This document shows positions 17,562-27,162 of a DNA stretch of 64,000 nucleotides, piece by piece. Numbering within the stretch: position 1 is the stretch's first letter; each line of letters starts with the position of its first letter. The stretch is taken from the NCBI GenBank assembly GCA_034429475.1, contig DAOUGD010000159.1:1604-65603 (forward strand), written 5' to 3'. The notes under the pieces are model-generated. The model was not told the DNA's origin. It did not search any database and worked only from the letters and a program-made list of their open reading frames with translations. The position numbers and the translations under genes were made by a program. The stretch comes from Anaerolineae bacterium (lineage in GTDB: Bacteria; Chloroflexota; Anaerolineae; B4-G1; SLSP01).

Positions 17562-17897
17562 ATGTTGGGCAAATACCTCCTCGCCCTGGACCTGACCCTG
17601 ATCATTGAAGGGGGCGTGGCCTATCTGCTCGGATTCCGCAGCCGCCGGGACGTGTTGACCGTTGCCCTGGTCAGCGTGATCACACACCCAATTCTGAACT
17701 ATGTCCTCCTGGTTCTCGGCTATCTGGGCCTGGAGGTGACTCCAGGGTTGGTCACACTCCTGGAAGTCCTGGTGGTCGTTGCGGAATGGCGCTTGCTGGC
17801 CTATGCTTCCGGCAAATCCCAAAGGCAATGCCTCGTCACATCCTTATTGGCAAATGCGGCGTCATTTCTCGTGGGTATCTTGCTCTTTTGGCTATGA
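17562..17897 (+). CDS. Uncharacterised 4-TM membrane protein (111 aa)
   Basis: Four hydrophobic helices carrying LTLIIE, ITHP, LEVLVVVAE and SLLANAASF. Confidence 0.75.
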   Translation: MLGKYLLALDLTLIIEGGVAYLLGFRSRRDVLTVALVSVITHPILNYVLLVLGYLGLEVTPGLVTLLEVLVVVAEWRLLAYASGKSQRQCLVTSLLANAASFLVGILLFWL

Positions 17898-17990
17898 TGA
17901 GCAACCCTGTGGCTCGGGCCGGTCTCTGACCGCGCCTGCGATGTCGCCGCGACTTCTAAATTACCCTGGAACGCGAAAGGGATTTCGCGG

Positions 17991-18653
17991 CTACTGGAGG
18001 GCTTGCCACACGCACATCACGGCCAGGAAGAGCAGCGTCAGAATGAGAATGACCTTCACCCCACGGGCCACCACCCGCCGGATCGTGGTTATCTTCCCCT
18101 GATCGAAGAGGAGTGGCCGCCCGGTCAGCGCCGAAAGCAGACCGCCCAAAACACCCACCAGGCCAACAGCCAATGGCGTCGTCCAGATCTGACCGCTCAA
18201 ATACCATCCCATCCAGGTCGCCAAAAACGCTACCAGCCCCACCCCTATGCCGATCCAGCCCATCTGCCGGAAAAAGCGACGGCGCGCGGGATCGTCGGCA
18301 TCGCGCTCCAGCATTTCCCCTTGGCGCCGCCGCTGCGTGGCGAAACTTTCCCGGAAAGTCGCCGCGGCAGACACGGCCTCACGCCTTTCTTCCCCGAACA
18401 GCCAGGGCATGTCTGTGAAGTAGCGTAACACCGTCGTCGGAATCATCCAAACGATAAAGACCAGCAGATATGCCAACAGCGCGCCGAGAATCTGGCTCTC
18501 GCGCCGCCCAATCCACAGCAAGGCTTGTTGCAGCCAGTGATATGGCCCGCTGTCCAGGATCAGCCAGCGCAGCCAGATAGCGGTGATCACCCCCAACAAA
18601 ATGAAAAGGATGACCCGAAAAACCGGGGCGGAAATGTAACGTTTGCGTTTCAT
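17991..18653 (-). CDS. Hypothetical membrane protein
   Basis: SD AGGAG; about 5 TMs with a charged cytoplasmic loop. Confidence 0.7.
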   Translation of the reverse strand: MKRKRYISAPVFRVILFILLGVITAIWLRWLILDSGPYHWLQQALLWIGRRESQILGALLAYLLVFIVWMIPTTVLRYFTDMPWLFGEERREAVSAAATFRESFATQRRRQGEMLERDADDPARRRFFRQMGWIGIGVGLVAFLATWMGWYLSGQIWTTPLAVGLVGVLGGLLSALTGRPLLFDQGKITTIRRVVARGVKVILILTLLFLAVMCVWQALQ

Positions 18654-18688
18654 CGGTTTGCTCCTTGTGTGCTAAACCCTCTTTTTCG

Positions 18689-18767
18689 TCAGCAGATTAA
18701 GCAGATTTAGCAGATTAGAGATTATCAATGACCCCAAAAAATCTGCTTAATCCGCTAAATCTGCTGA
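18689..18767. repeat. AGCAGATT-type 9-nt periodic palindrome
   Basis: TCAGCAGATTAAGCAGATTTAGCAGATT...AATCTGCTTAATCCGCTAAATCTGCTGA; sibling of 8474-8542. Confidence 0.85.
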
Positions 18768-18894
18768 TAAAAAGGGAGGCAATGCGTATCCAGTATATAT
18801 CAAGGCGTGCAGTTTTGGCAAACTGTTGGCGTTTCTTCATTCCGGCATAAAATAGGGCGGGTGAGTTGTTTGAATAGACGAAAGGGAGGGGCCT

Positions 18895-21267
18895 ATGAAA
18901 GCGTTGGCATTTTTCTCAACCCGGTCGCCGTTGACCGCGCGCGCGGCACTTATCGTGGCGCTGCTGTTGACGCTCGGCTGTTTCTGCCAAACCTCGACGC
19001 TCACACCAACACCGCCGACACCTGTCGCGCCGGCGACGCCACGAGCGCCTGCTTCCACCCGAACGCCGCGCCCCACCGCCCCGCCCGCGCCGTCTCCCGC
19101 CGCCACCGACATGGGCGCGCTCGGCGACCTGGCCTGTATCCCCGGCGACCCCTTCGCGGCCATCCGCCAGGAGACGATGTTTGCCTACATGGAAGACTTG
19201 ACCGCCATCCAGCCCTACTCCGGCTGGCGCAACTCCGGCACGGAAGGCGAGGCGGAAGCGCTGGATTACGTCGCGGCGCAAATGCAGGCGTTCGCCTTCC
19301 TGGAAAACATGGGATTGGAAGTGGAGCGCCAGCAGTTCAACGTCTTTATGACGACGGAGTTGTGGGAGACGCAACTCTGGCTGACGATGAACGGCGCGGA
19401 AGTGGAAGTGCCCGCCGACGGCCTGCGCGGCCCGCGCGACGACATCCCGCAGGCGCTGCGCTTCGATTCCGACGGCGTGCTCAACGACAATCAGCGCGAC
19501 CCGGCGACGGCGCAGGGCGAGACGGCGCTGCTTCGCTCAACAGAAGACCTGGATGCATTGGATGATACAGCCCTGCGCGGCAAAATCGCCTTCCTGGATT
19601 ACGCCCTGATTGATCGCGCCCTGATGCCCTCGGCGCGCGGCACAGGGCGGGTGGAGCAGGTGTTGGCGGCGGGGCCGGCGGCGCTGGTGCTGGTCACACA
19701 GTTTTCCGATGTGCAGGGCGAAAGCCACGGTTTTGCGGTGGCCGACAACAGCGTGCTCAACTTTGCGGAGACCAAACCGGCGGTGCCCGTGCTCTACGTC
19801 CGCCTGGAAGACCTGGCCCCGGCAGGCGTCGCTGATTGGGACGACCTCGCGCAGCTCGAAGCGGCGCGGCTGACCTGGGACGCCGACGTGTTCCAGCCGG
19901 GCGCGTCGGGCAACGTCATCGTCCACATCCCCGGCGTGGATACGACGCGCGCGGTCATCCTCGGCGCGCACATTGACAGCCCCAACGTCCCCGGCGCGAT
20001 GGACGACGGCAGCGGGAGCGTCATCCTGCTGGAAATCGCCCGCGTGCTGAACGCGACTTGCACCCAGCCGCAGCTCGACCTCTACCTCGTCTGGTTCGGC
20101 AGCGAGGAGATCGGACTGTACGGCGGCGCGCACTTCGTCCTGACGCACCAGGAATTGCTGGATCGCGCCGTGGGGATGCTGCAAATTGATGACCTCACCA
20201 ATCCGGTAGAAGGCTTTGACCCAACGGTAGACCTGGTGGGCTGGTCTTATGCCCGTTTTGGCGACCGGCAAATGGCGTGGCTAGAGGCAATTCAAGCGAC
20301 GGCGGCGGAGCGCGGCCTGGAGACGGTGGTGCAGGACTTCCCCTATGCCTACTCCGACAACTCGACGTTTACCGGCTTCGACGTGCCCAACGCCGACCTG
20401 ATCTACCAGGAGGCCGAGGCGATGGAGGCCACCGGCAGCTTCCACAACGCCGCGCACATCCACGATCCCTACGATACGGTGGAACTGGCGCGCGAAGTCG
20501 GCGACGTGCTGGAACAGATGGCGCACGTGGCGCTGGGGGCCGCGCTCGACGCGGGCGCGGCGGAATATCGCATCACGCCGGCAACCGACCGCCGCGCCGT
20601 CTTCGTCGCCAGCCACACCGAGTCGTCCCACATGACGCCGGCCTCCTTCAGCGACGTGGGGATGGTGCTCTCCTGGGCCGGCTTCGACGTAGATTTGATC
20701 CCCTACGGCCAGCCGATCGCGCCGGACGATCTGGCGGACGCCGCCCTCATCATCGTGTTGCCGCCGCACGATCACCCCAACGCGGAGGATGCGGCGGACG
20801 GCGTCGCGGCCTACGACACGGCCTGGGAGCCGGCGGAGGTGGAGGCGCTGGCGGCTTACGTGGAAGAGGGCGGCTTCCTGGTGCTGGCGAACAGCGCGGC
20901 CCGCATCCGCTTCGGCACGCCCTACGACGAAAACGAGGATTGGGCGGACCTCAACGCGCTGGCGGAACGCTTTGGCGTCACCTACGAAACAGGCGCCCTT
21001 GCTACCGGCTCGGTGCGGGTGCGCAGCGCGCATCCCTTGATGGCCGGCGTCACGCGCCTGGAAGGTCTCGACAACAACGGCGTTCCCTTGGCGCTGGAGG
21101 CCGGAGAGACGCTGGCGGGGAGCAACGATCGTCCGGCGGTGGGGCTGACGGCCTTTGAGAAGGGCGAAGTCCTGGCGCTGGCCGACATCGGCTTTATGAA
21201 CATCACCGACGCGGCGGATAACTTGCGCTTCTGGCAAAATCTGGCAGAGTATGCGCGGGAACGGTAA
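18895..21267 (+). CDS. M28-family zinc peptidase lipoprotein with PA-like insert and C-terminal extension
   Basis: LTLGC lipobox, Thr/Pro linker, AHIDS..GAMDDGSG, SEEIGLYG, SDNSTF, HIHDPYD. Confidence 0.85.
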   Translation: MKALAFFSTRSPLTARAALIVALLLTLGCFCQTSTLTPTPPTPVAPATPRAPASTRTPRPTAPPAPSPAATDMGALGDLACIPGDPFAAIRQETMFAYMEDLTAIQPYSGWRNSGTEGEAEALDYVAAQMQAFAFLENMGLEVERQQFNVFMTTELWETQLWLTMNGAEVEVPADGLRGPRDDIPQALRFDSDGVLNDNQRDPATAQGETALLRSTEDLDALDDTALRGKIAFLDYALIDRALMPSARGTGRVEQVLAAGPAALVLVTQFSDVQGESHGFAVADNSVLNFAETKPAVPVLYVRLEDLAPAGVADWDDLAQLEAARLTWDADVFQPGASGNVIVHIPGVDTTRAVILGAHIDSPNVPGAMDDGSGSVILLEIARVLNATCTQPQLDLYLVWFGSEEIGLYGGAHFVLTHQELLDRAVGMLQIDDLTNPVEGFDPTVDLVGWSYARFGDRQMAWLEAIQATAAERGLETVVQDFPYAYSDNSTFTGFDVPNADLIYQEAEAMEATGSFHNAAHIHDPYDTVELAREVGDVLEQMAHVALGAALDAGAAEYRITPATDRRAVFVASHTESSHMTPASFSDVGMVLSWAGFDVDLIPYGQPIAPDDLADAALIIVLPPHDHPNAEDAADGVAAYDTAWEPAEVEALAAYVEEGGFLVLANSAARIRFGTPYDENEDWADLNALAERFGVTYETGALATGSVRVRSAHPLMAGVTRLEGLDNNGVPLALEAGETLAGSNDRPAVGLTAFEKGEVLALADIGFMNITDAADNLRFWQNLAEYARER

Positions 21268-21271
21268 TTTG

Positions 21272-21343
21272 GAAATGAGAAAAGAGAAATGAGTAACGAG
21301 TAACCAGTTTCCGGCTACTCATTTCTCATTACTTATTTCTCAT
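21272..21343. repeat. Heptamer-periodic palindrome
   Basis: GAAATGA/GTAACGA units followed by TACTCAT/TTCTCAT units. Confidence 0.8.
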
Positions 21344-21366
21344 AACCATCAAACGGAGGAATCACG

Positions 21367-22371
21367 TTGACTGCATTACCTGAAGGCTTTACGGCGCGTC
21401 CGGCGACGCTGGACGATGTGGAAGCATTTACGGAGATAATCAATCGCTGCGCGGTGGCGCGGGTGGGCAAGCCATTCACAGCGGTGGAGGAGATGCGCAC
21501 CGACTGGCAGTCGCCGGTGTTCAACCCGGAGACTCACACGCGCCTGGTCTACGCGGCGGATGGAACGCTGGCGGCGGTGGCGGAAGTGTGGCAAGAGGCG
21601 CCTTACGTCTCCCTCTTTGGCTGGGTGGAAGTGACGCCGGAGTATGGCGGGCGCGGTTTGGGGGCATATTTGGGGGCGTGGGTCGAGGAACGGTCGCTGG
21701 AGGTAGTTCCCAAGGCGCCGCCGGAGGCGCGGGTGATCGTGCAGCAGGAAGCGGTGAGCACAGATGACGCTATGCGGGTGGCGTTGCTCGCGCAGGGCTA
21801 TCAGTTGGTGCGGCACAGCCTGTACCTGCGCATAGATCAAACCACGCCGCCGCCGGAACCGCAACTCCCAGCCGGCATCGTCATCCGTCCCTTTCTGCCG
21901 GGGGAGGAGCGCACCTTCATTGGCGTAATCCGCGAGTGCTTCAAGGATCACTGGGGTTACGTGGACAATCCCTTTGAAGAGTATTACGAGCAGTGGATGC
22001 ACTTCATGCACACCGATCCCCACATTGACCCGGCGCTGTGGTTCGTGGCGATGGAAGGCGACGAAATGGTGGGCACCTCGTTTTGCAGCCTGGAGATGGC
22101 CGAAGAACCCGATCTGGGCTGGGTATTTGCGCTGGGCGTGCGGCGTCTCTGGCGGAAGCGCGGCCTGGGAGAGGCGCTGCTGCGGCACTGCTTCAGCGCG
22201 CTGTACCGGCGCGGCAAACCCAACATCGGCCTGCGAGCCGACGCGCAGAACCTCACCGGCGCCATGCGCCTCTACCGGAAAGTCGGGATGCGCATTGAAC
22301 GGCAGTACGACATCTACGAGAAAGAGCTGCGCGCCGGCGTGAATATGAGCACGCAGACAATTAGCGAGTAA
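21367..22371 (+). CDS. Tandem-domain GNAT acetyltransferase
   Basis: VTPEYGGRGLG and LGVRRLWRKRGLG acetyl-CoA motifs; TTG start with GGAGG SD. Confidence 0.85.
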   Translation: MTALPEGFTARPATLDDVEAFTEIINRCAVARVGKPFTAVEEMRTDWQSPVFNPETHTRLVYAADGTLAAVAEVWQEAPYVSLFGWVEVTPEYGGRGLGAYLGAWVEERSLEVVPKAPPEARVIVQQEAVSTDDAMRVALLAQGYQLVRHSLYLRIDQTTPPPEPQLPAGIVIRPFLPGEERTFIGVIRECFKDHWGYVDNPFEEYYEQWMHFMHTDPHIDPALWFVAMEGDEMVGTSFCSLEMAEEPDLGWVFALGVRRLWRKRGLGEALLRHCFSALYRRGKPNIGLRADAQNLTGAMRLYRKVGMRIERQYDIYEKELRAGVNMSTQTISE

Positions 22372-22440
22372 GGAGTAAGGAGTTAGGAGTTAGGAGTTAG
22401 GAGACCTTACTTCTTACTCCTTACTTCTTACTCCTTACTC
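22366..22440. repeat. Heptamer-periodic palindrome
   Basis: GAGTAAG x2 and GAGTTAG x3, then TTACTTC/TTACTCC x5. Confidence 0.9.
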
Positions 22441-22469
22441 ATTTCCTCTTAATTCTTCCGAGGAGCACT

Positions 22470-25400
22470 ATGCCTGACCTGAAACGTGTTGATCTCTGGA
22501 AAATTATCGCCGTCGTCATCCTGATTCTGGCGGTGGTCAGCCGGTTTTACATGCTCGGCGAGCGGGCGGTGAGTCACGACGAGACGACGCACGCCAAGTA
22601 TTCGTGGAATTTTTATGCAGGGAAGGGGTTTCAGCACGATCCGCTGATGCACGGAACGTTGTTGTTTGAGGCGACCGCGCTGTTCTACTTCCTCTTTGGC
22701 GTGAGCGATTTCACAGCGCGGTTGTACGCGGCGCTGGCAGGCATCGCGCTGGTGATGGCGCCGCTGTTGTTCCACCGGTGGCTGGGACGGCGCGGCGCGC
22801 TGCTGGCCTCGTTCATGGTGTTGATTTCGCCGGCCATCACCTACTACTCCCGCTACACCCGGCACGACATCCCACTATTGCTCTACATGACGCTGTTTCT
22901 CTGGACGATCTTGCGCTATCTGGACGAGGGCAAGCCCAAATGGCTCTATGGGATGGCCGCGTTCTTCCCCCTGATGTACGCCACGAAAGAAAACGCCTAC
23001 ATCTACACCGCGATCTTCGTGGTGCTGCTGGCGTTGCCGTTCGCCTGGCAGGTCTTCCGCGCGCGCTGGGCGCGGCCGGAACTATTGCAAATCCTGCTGA
23101 TCGTTCTGGTCGTCGCGCTGCTGCTGGGAGCGGTGTTTGCCATCTCCTTCCGCAGCGGGCAGGTGACGATCTACAAGGAAGAAGGCTCCGACCGCGCCGA
23201 CGAAGTCCACGTCATCGTGCCGGTGTGGGGACGGGCGGCGTTGGGGCTGGCGGTGGTGCTGGCGCTGGGCGCGGTGGTCGTAGTCTACAACGGGGTGGGC
23301 GCGGAAACGATGCGCGACCTGCGCCTCTTCGACGTGCTGATGACCCTGGGCACGCTCACCCTACCCCTGGGGTCGGCCCTCCTCATCAACTTCGTCGTCG
23401 GCGCGGACATGAAAACGTTTTACACCGCGCTGATGGCGCCGGCGAGCAACAGCCTGCCCGGCCCCACCCTCTTCGGCGTCGTCCTGGCGGTGCTGGCGAC
23501 GCTGGGCCTCTCGATTGCACTGGGTCTGTGGTGGAATTCCGCCCGCTGGCCTATTATCGCGCTCATCCACTACGGCATCTTCTTTGTGACCTACAGCTCC
23601 TTCTTCACCTACGGCTGGGGGATGTTCACCGGCTTGATCGGCGGGCTGGCCTACTGGATGGCGCAGCAGGGCGTTCAACGGGGCACACAGCCCTGGTACT
23701 ACTACGGACTCGTCGGCCCGCTGTACGAATACCTGCCCCTCCTCTTTTCCATTCCGGCGGGCGTGGCAGCCATAGGCCATGCCTTCAAAATCAGCAAATC
23801 AGCGGATCAGCGAGTCAGCGAATCAGCGAATCAGCAAAGCGATGGATCGGCGATCTCGGAACCCCAAACCCCAAACCCCAAACCCCAAACCCAGCACTCA
23901 GCACTCGTCAACCGCCTGTTTCCGCTTTTCCTGTTGGCCTGGGCCTTGCTTTCCTGGGTCGCCTACGCCTACGCCGGGGAGAAAATGCCCTGGTTGTTCG
24001 TCCATATCGCGTTCCCGCACCTCCTGCTGGCCGCGTGGGGACTGGGCCGCTGGCTAGAAGACGTGACGTGGGACGACCTCATCGCGCGGCGCGGGTGGGT
24101 GCTGCCGGTCGCGCTGTTTTTCCTATGGCGCGCGTTGGCCGCGTACCTGGGCGCCACCGCCGACATCCGGGAAGCGTTCTTCGGCGAAGAGGGCATCAAG
24201 ATGACTCTGGAACGTTTGCAACCTCTGGGAACCGTATCGGGCGTGTTCGGCGGCGTGCTGTTGTTCGGCGGGCTGACCTTCTGGGCGGCGGATGCGTTGG
24301 GCTGGCGGCGCGCGGGGAAGCTGACGCTGCTGACGATCACAGGCATCATCGCCGGCTTTACCGTGCGCACGATGATCATGCTGAATTACATCAACGCCGA
24401 ACTGCCCACCGAGTACATGGTCTACGCGCACGCCACGCCGGACGTGAAAGTGGCCCTACGGCAAATCGAGGACGTCTCCTGGCGGTTGACGGGCACGCCA
24501 CACAACGTCCAGGTGGCCTTTGATTGGGACATCGCCTGGCCGTTTATGTGGTACATGGACACACAATACCCGAATCACTACACGCTGCCCGACCCCATTG
24601 ACGCGGAACGCCTGTTGAACAGCCCCGTGATCCTGGTCGGCAGAGATAAGTGGGCCGAAGTGGAAACCATCGTTGGCGACACCTACGAAGCGTTCAACTA
24701 CAAATCCATCTGGTGGCCGATTGAGGACTACAAAGACTTAACACTGGAGCGCATACAGACGGCTTTAGCCGATCCCCTCCGGCGCGCGGCCCTCATGGAC
24801 ATCATCCGCGACCGGGACTACACCGCGTACGCCCGGCTGCGGGACCCGGAAGCGTCGTTCACCCTCCAGACATGGCCGCACCGTGTGGAATTCCGCCTGT
24901 ACGTGCGGCGCGATCTGTCGCCGGAAGTGTGGCGCTACCGACTGGAGACGGACGGTGTCAGCGATACGCCGCAGGCGGAGACGGACACCGTTCAGGACAT
25001 ATTTGCAGAAAAGGTGCGCGCGTTGGCGGCGACGTTGCGTACCAACCTGCCGAAGGCCGCCGCGCGCGGCCTCGCCGTGGCACCGGACGGCACCCTCTAC
25101 GTGAGCGATACAGCGCAGCATCGCCTCTGGCATCTGGCGACGAATGGCGCCCTGTTAGACGACTGGGGCGGTTACGGCGCAGGGGAAGGCCAGTTCAACG
25201 AACCCTGGGGGGTGGCCGTAGACGCGCAGGGCAACGTCTACGTGGCGGATACGTGGAATCACCGCGTGCAGAAGTTTGACGCACAGGGGCAGTTCCTTCT
25301 GAGCTGGGGGCATTTCTCCCAGGTGCAGGCGTATGACCTGGGCGGGCAGGGCGTGTTCTACGGGCCGCGCGGCATCGCGGTCGGGCCGGAGGGGGCGATC

Positions 25401-25859
25401 TACGTGGCCGACACTGGCAACCAGCGCGTACAGGTGTTCGACGCCGAGGGCCGCTTCCTGACCGAGTTCGGCGGCGCGGGCGATGCGTTGGGCCGTTTGA
25501 ACGAGCCGACCGGCATCGCGGTGGACGCGGGCGGCCAGGTGTTCGTCGCCGACACATGGAACCGGCGCGTGCAAGTCTTTACGGCAGAGGGCGTCCCTTT
25601 GCGGGAGTGGACGATCCCGACCTGGACAGGCTCCGATCCGGAAGAAAAGCCGGCTCTCGCCGTACGCGCCGACATGGTGTATGTGGCCGATCCCGTCAAT
25701 GGGCGCGTGTTGGTATGGACTGATACGGGAACCGCTGCCTGGGCGCTAAGAGATGTGGCAGACGAGTTAACCTTGTTGGGTGGGATCGCGCTTTCTCAAA
25801 CCACGATATATGTAGTGGATGCGCACACCGGAGGAGTTCGAGGATATCCATTGCCATAG
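22470..25859 (+). CDS. TIGR03663/Agl23-like GT-C membrane protein fused to an NHL-repeat beta-propeller
   Basis: SHDETTH, HDPLMHG, YYSRYTRHDI, EKMPWL motifs; C-terminal FNEPWGVAVD..VYVADTWNHRVQKF repeats. Confidence 0.85.
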   Translation: MPDLKRVDLWKIIAVVILILAVVSRFYMLGERAVSHDETTHAKYSWNFYAGKGFQHDPLMHGTLLFEATALFYFLFGVSDFTARLYAALAGIALVMAPLLFHRWLGRRGALLASFMVLISPAITYYSRYTRHDIPLLLYMTLFLWTILRYLDEGKPKWLYGMAAFFPLMYATKENAYIYTAIFVVLLALPFAWQVFRARWARPELLQILLIVLVVALLLGAVFAISFRSGQVTIYKEEGSDRADEVHVIVPVWGRAALGLAVVLALGAVVVVYNGVGAETMRDLRLFDVLMTLGTLTLPLGSALLINFVVGADMKTFYTALMAPASNSLPGPTLFGVVLAVLATLGLSIALGLWWNSARWPIIALIHYGIFFVTYSSFFTYGWGMFTGLIGGLAYWMAQQGVQRGTQPWYYYGLVGPLYEYLPLLFSIPAGVAAIGHAFKISKSADQRVSESANQQSDGSAISEPQTPNPKPQTQHSALVNRLFPLFLLAWALLSWVAYAYAGEKMPWLFVHIAFPHLLLAAWGLGRWLEDVTWDDLIARRGWVLPVALFFLWRALAAYLGATADIREAFFGEEGIKMTLERLQPLGTVSGVFGGVLLFGGLTFWAADALGWRRAGKLTLLTITGIIAGFTVRTMIMLNYINAELPTEYMVYAHATPDVKVALRQIEDVSWRLTGTPHNVQVAFDWDIAWPFMWYMDTQYPNHYTLPDPIDAERLLNSPVILVGRDKWAEVETIVGDTYEAFNYKSIWWPIEDYKDLTLERIQTALADPLRRAALMDIIRDRDYTAYARLRDPEASFTLQTWPHRVEFRLYVRRDLSPEVWRYRLETDGVSDTPQAETDTVQDIFAEKVRALAATLRTNLPKAAARGLAVAPDGTLYVSDTAQHRLWHLATNGALLDDWGGYGAGEGQFNEPWGVAVDAQGNVYVADTWNHRVQKFDAQGQFLLSWGHFSQVQAYDLGGQGVFYGPRGIAVGPEGAIYVADTGNQRVQVFDAEGRFLTEFGGAGDALGRLNEPTGIAVDAGGQVFVADTWNRRVQVFTAEGVPLREWTIPTWTGSDPEEKPALAVRADMVYVADPVNGRVLVWTDTGTAAWALRDVADELTLLGGIALSQTTIYVVDAHTGGVRGYPLP
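23789..23908 (+). repeat. In-frame tandem repeat block (8-mer x6; AACCCCA x4)
   Basis: AATCAGCG-like x6 at 23789-23836; AACCCCA x4 at 23860-23887, followed by AACCCAG CACTCAG. Confidence 0.9.
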
Positions 25860-26041
25860 TCTCTCGCGCCGGCTGCCCGGAAACGTGACCCCACGCATTT
25901 CACACTGCACACCCCAGTCACGATACAATGCCGGGACGACTTAAATCTCGAAATCCCCTGATACAAAACACAGCCAATAGGTGAACCTTTTCCTTTTGAG
26001 AAATGTATGAATCATGGGCTTGGGTTAGAATAAAGAACCCT

Positions 26042-26069
26042 TTGCAAATTAGTTGAAAAAGCCTATAAT
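26042..26069 (+). promoter_or_regulatory. sigma70-type promoter of the peptide ABC operon
   Basis: TTGCAA-16 nt-TATAAT. Confidence 0.55.
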
Positions 26070-26168
26070 GAACGTTGAATTTTAATCACACCGCCCCACC
26101 AACGATGGGATTGAAGCGTTTGATGGATGGCAAGCCGTAGTTATTAACGTAACAAACGAGGAATTTTT

Positions 26169-27161
26169 ATGGCGAGTACACCACATCTACTGGATATCAG
26201 AAACCTAGTTACACGTTTTTATACGGAAGATGGCGTGGTTCACGCTGTCAATGATGTTTCCTATACTTTGGATGAAGGGGAAACATTGGGCGTAGTGGGG
26301 GAAAGCGGTTGTGGCAAGAGCGTCCATGCTCTCTCCATTATGCGTTTGATTGCCACTCCCCCCGGCAAAATTGAGGGAGGGCAAATTCTCTTTCGGGGAC
26401 AGGATTTGTTGTCCCTGAAGGACGATGATATGCGCCGGGTGCGGGGAGCGGAAATCGCAATGATTTTCCAGGATCCTATGACCTCCCTGAACCCGGTAAA
26501 AACCGTGGGGTTCCAGATTATGGAAGCCCTAATGCTTCATGAAGGGATGGACAAAACCCGCGCCAGGGAACGCACCGAGGAATTGCTCAACCTGGTGGGC
26601 ATCCCCGAAGCGAAGCAACGAGTGGACGACTACCCCCACCAGTTCTCCGGTGGGATGCGTCAGCGCGCAATGATTGCGATGGGGCTGTCGTGCAATCCGA
26701 GCATCCTGATCGCCGACGAACCAACCACCGCGTTGGACGTCACCATCCAGGCGCAGATCGTAGACCTGGTGAAGCGCTTGCAGCAGAAAATAGGGATGAC
26801 CGTCATCTGGATTACGCACGACCTGGGGGTGGTGGCCAGGTTGGCGCAGCGCGTCAACGTAATGTACGCCGGTAAGATTATTGAGGCCGGGCCGGTCAAG
26901 CAGATTTACAGCAACCCCAACCATCCCTATACAGTAGGGCTATTGGGATCGCTGCCCAGTCACGGCACCAAGCGGGCCGCGCGCTTGTTCTCCATTCCGG
27001 GGGAGCCGCCGGACCTGGTGGGAGGCGCCGTGGGCTGTGCGTTTGCTCCTCGCTGTAACTACAAGGTTCCCCAGTGCTTGAAGGAAACCCCGGTATTGGA
27101 ACAAGTCGCGCCTGGTCACATCGCGGCGTGTTGGGAAAAGGATAAAGTGAGGAGAATGTAA
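26169..27161 (+). CDS. oppD: Oligopeptide/dipeptide ABC ATPase
   Basis: [27 protein letters not shown]-terminal HPYT..C.F.PRC. Confidence 0.95.
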   Translation: MASTPHLLDIRNLVTRFYTEDGVVHAVNDVSYTLDEGETLGVVGESGCGKSVHALSIMRLIATPPGKIEGGQILFRGQDLLSLKDDDMRRVRGAEIAMIFQDPMTSLNPVKTVGFQIMEALMLHEGMDKTRARERTEELLNLVGIPEAKQRVDDYPHQFSGGMRQRAMIAMGLSCNPSILIADEPTTALDVTIQAQIVDLVKRLQQKIGMTVIWITHDLGVVARLAQRVNVMYAGKIIEAGPVKQIYSNPNHPYTVGLLGSLPSHGTKRAARLFSIPGEPPDLVGGAVGCAFAPRCNYKVPQCLKETPVLEQVAPGHIAACWEKDKVRRM

Positions 27162-27162
27162 C

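Noticed and set aside
22778-24523. Long same-strand alternative-frame ORFs (also 59496-59819 as an N-terminal extension of the GT4)
   Set aside because: Arg/Ala/Gly/Pro-rich off-frame translations typical of high GC3.
25860-26168. Riboswitch or small RNA upstream of the opp operon
   Set aside because: No recognisable aptamer motif or strong stem; explained as an AT-rich promoter region.
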